Positions 62,082-64,000 of a stretch of 64,000 nt of DNA are shown here, one piece after another (the stretch's first letter is position 1; each line of letters begins with the position of its first letter). Source of the stretch: Cyanophyceae cyanobacterium. GTDB lineage: Bacteria; Cyanobacteriota; Cyanobacteriia; Cyanobacteriales; Laspinemataceae. The DNA is taken from the NCBI GenBank assembly GCA_038321985.1, contig JBBQFN010000018.1:1-64000 (forward strand). The letters are read 5' to 3'. The position numbers and the translations under genes are program-made. The notes under the pieces are model-generated. The model made no database searches. It worked only from the letters and a program-made list of their open reading frames with translations, and had not been told where the DNA came from.

Positions 62082-62999
62082 ATGGACTTACCCATCGTTT
62101 ATCATCCCGACTATGTGGCCCCTCTGCCGACTTCCCATCGCTTCCCGATGGAGAAGTTTCGGTTACTCCATGAAATGCTTTTAGGCGATCGCGTCGTGAA
62201 TTTATCCCAGTCTCACGCGCCGGAATTGCCCCCCCAGAACTGGATTGAATGGGTTCATATACCCGAATATGTCCAGGCATACTGCGAAGGCACTCTTGAC
62301 CCCAAAGCACAGCGACGGATTGGGTTACCGTGGTCGGAGGCCCTAGCAAATCGCACTTGTATCGCCGTCGGTGGCGGGATTTTGACGGCAAAACTTGCCT
62401 TAAACTATGGGTTGGCTTGTAATACGGCTGGGGGAACTCATCATGCCTTTCCCAGTTTTGGATCGGGGTTTTGCATTTTTAACGATTTGGCGATCGCCAC
62501 TCGGGTTGTCCAAAAACTGGAGGGGGTTCGTAAAGTATTAATTGTAGATTTGGACGTGCATCAAGGGGATGGGACGGCGTTTATTTTTCAAAATGACCCG
62601 GATGTATTTACCTTCGATATGCACTGTGAGGCCAATTTTCCCGGGCGAAAACAAACTAGCGATTTAGATGTACCGTTGCCAGTGGGGATGGAGGATGATG
62701 AATACTTACAAACTGTAGCCCGTTATTTACCGGATTTACTCTCCCAATTTAAGCCCGATTTAGTCTGGTATGACGCCGGGGTAGATGTTCATGCAGGCGA
62801 TCGCCTGGGTAAATTAGCCCTCAGCGATACAGGGATTTTTCGGCGGGATATGCAGGTGTTAAGTACCTGTGTAGCAGCCGGATATCCCGTTGCCTGTGCG
62901 ATCGGGGGGGGATATTGCGAGGATATGCGCGGTTTGGTTTACCGGCATTCTCTCTTACATCGTGCGGCTGCGCAAGTTTATCGCCAGTATCGCCTCTAA
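62082..62999 (+). CDS. Histone deacetylase family protein
   Basis: HRFPM.KF, GGTHHA, GFCIFND, DLDVHQGDGT, GGGY. Confidence 0.95.
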   Translation: MDLPIVYHPDYVAPLPTSHRFPMEKFRLLHEMLLGDRVVNLSQSHAPELPPQNWIEWVHIPEYVQAYCEGTLDPKAQRRIGLPWSEALANRTCIAVGGGILTAKLALNYGLACNTAGGTHHAFPSFGSGFCIFNDLAIATRVVQKLEGVRKVLIVDLDVHQGDGTAFIFQNDPDVFTFDMHCEANFPGRKQTSDLDVPLPVGMEDDEYLQTVARYLPDLLSQFKPDLVWYDAGVDVHAGDRLGKLALSDTGIFRRDMQVLSTCVAAGYPVACAIGGGYCEDMRGLVYRHSLLHRAAAQVYRQYRL

Positions 63000-63065
63000 T
63001 CCCAAATACGCCTTTAAAAAGTCTAATTTATTCCGGTAGCCACTCCCTGTAGATGTGTCAGGATC

Positions 63066-64000
63066 CTACTCCCGTTGCAAAATTCTAACTATCCCTTTAG
63101 CGCTGCCACTGACCAGAAGTTGTCCATTGGGACTATAAACTAAGGACATAACGGCCCCGGTTTCTTCCGTTAGGGTGCAGACTAATTTGCCTGTAGGTAA
63201 ATGCCAGATTTTGACGGTACCATCGGCACTACCCGTGGCAAAAGTATTCCCATCAGGGGCGAGGGCGACTGCGGTTACGGGTCCTAAATGGGCGCTAAGA
63301 CTCCACAGCAGTTCTCCAGTTTCCAAATTCCAGAGTTGAATACTGCCATCGCCACTGCCACCGATTAGGAGTTGCTGGGGGGAAATGACGACTGCTTCGA
63401 TCGCATCTAAACTGCCATTGAGGACTGACATCGGTTGTTTAGTTTGGAACTGCCACAGAGTGATTGTGCCATCACCGCCACCCCGGGCTAAAATCTGACC
63501 ATCGGGGGAAATGGCGAGGGAAAAAATGGGTCCCGTATAATCCGTAAGGGTTTCGATTAATTCAGCCTTTGATAAATCCCACAATTTGATAGTTTCGTCA
63601 AAACTGCCACTCACTAGAGTTTTACCATCGGGGGAAATTGCCAGGGCTCGCACAGAACCCCCATGTCCGATGAGGGTTTCTTTTAAAGCGCCCCCCGGTA
63701 GTTCCCAAAGTTTAATCGTCTTATCCCAACTGGCAGAAGCGAGGGTTTTGCCATCCGGGGCGATCGCAATCGAAAATACCCCGCGTTTGTGTTCGGCAAG
63801 CACTTGCAACAGTTCTCCTGTAGACAGTTTCCACAGCTTGATACTGGTATCAAAACTTCCCGTTGCTAAAAGTTCTCCATCGGGAGTAATTGCCACAGAT
63901 CGCACCCAGTCCGCATGGGCAGGCAAACTGTGCAGGGAACTCCAACTCTGGATCGGAGGTTCCGAGGGTCCCACAAACGACGGTAGCACCACTTTAGATG
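63066..64000 (-). CDS. WD40 repeat protein, C-terminal part (runs off the window end)
   Basis: Seven WD40 repeats; frame stays open to the window edge. Confidence 0.9.
   Translation of the reverse strand, partial: SKVVLPSFVGPSEPPIQSWSSLHSLPAHADWVRSVAITPDGELLATGSFDTSIKLWKLSTGELLQVLAEHKRGVFSIAIAPDGKTLASASWDKTIKLWELPGGALKETLIGHGGSVRALAISPDGKTLVSGSFDETIKLWDLSKAELIETLTDYTGPIFSLAISPDGQILARGGGDGTITLWQFQTKQPMSVLNGSLDAIEAVVISPQQLLIGGSGDGSIQLWNLETGELLWSLSAHLGPVTAVALAPDGNTFATGSADGTVKIWHLPTGKLVCTLTEETGAVMSLVYSPNGQLLVSGSAKGIVRILQRE

Larger units (their letters stand above)
307..64000. repeat. HIP1 octamer GCGATCGC dispersed at high density (cyanobacterial signature)
   Basis: Dozens of perfect copies visible throughout, e.g. 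1869, 1982, 3555, 3726. Confidence 0.95.

Overview
From about position 300 onward the window is chromosomal DNA of a filamentous cyanobacterium (Oscillatoriales-like by inference). It has very dense HIP1 octamers (GCGATCGC) and typical core genes: desD, a cytochrome c6 paralog, nblS/hik33, purD, photolyase, folK, dusA, glpK, sufU-like, ycf51, an M16 peptidase pair, clpP, zam-like RNase R, ubiX, GST and HDAC. The first ~290 bp are a GC-rich, non-cyanobacterial-looking groEL 3' end, probably a chimeric join at the GGM-encoding repeat. The most notable unannotated features are: (1) a tandem array of four ~110-nt structured non-coding units at 49.7-50.7 kb, each with its own 7-2-7 palindromic box, -10 element and covarying terminator-like hairpin, lying next to an orphan primase-helicase and an HsdR-N-like nuclease; (2) a 58-aa signal-peptide ORF ending in HRGSGR (PatX/PatS-like) that the ORF track missed; (3) a Cys/His-rich insertion in NblS; (4) a probable PsrR1-like sRNA; (5) an NB-ARC/WD40 NLR-like gene with hypervariable repeats beside a frameshifted ParE toxin; (6) 24-nt micro-insertions, one splitting a HIP1 site in frame; (7) a non-AUG start for ubiX. 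No tRNA, rRNA, CRISPR array, transposase or integrase was seen. All family assignments come from motif recognition by eye, not from database searches.
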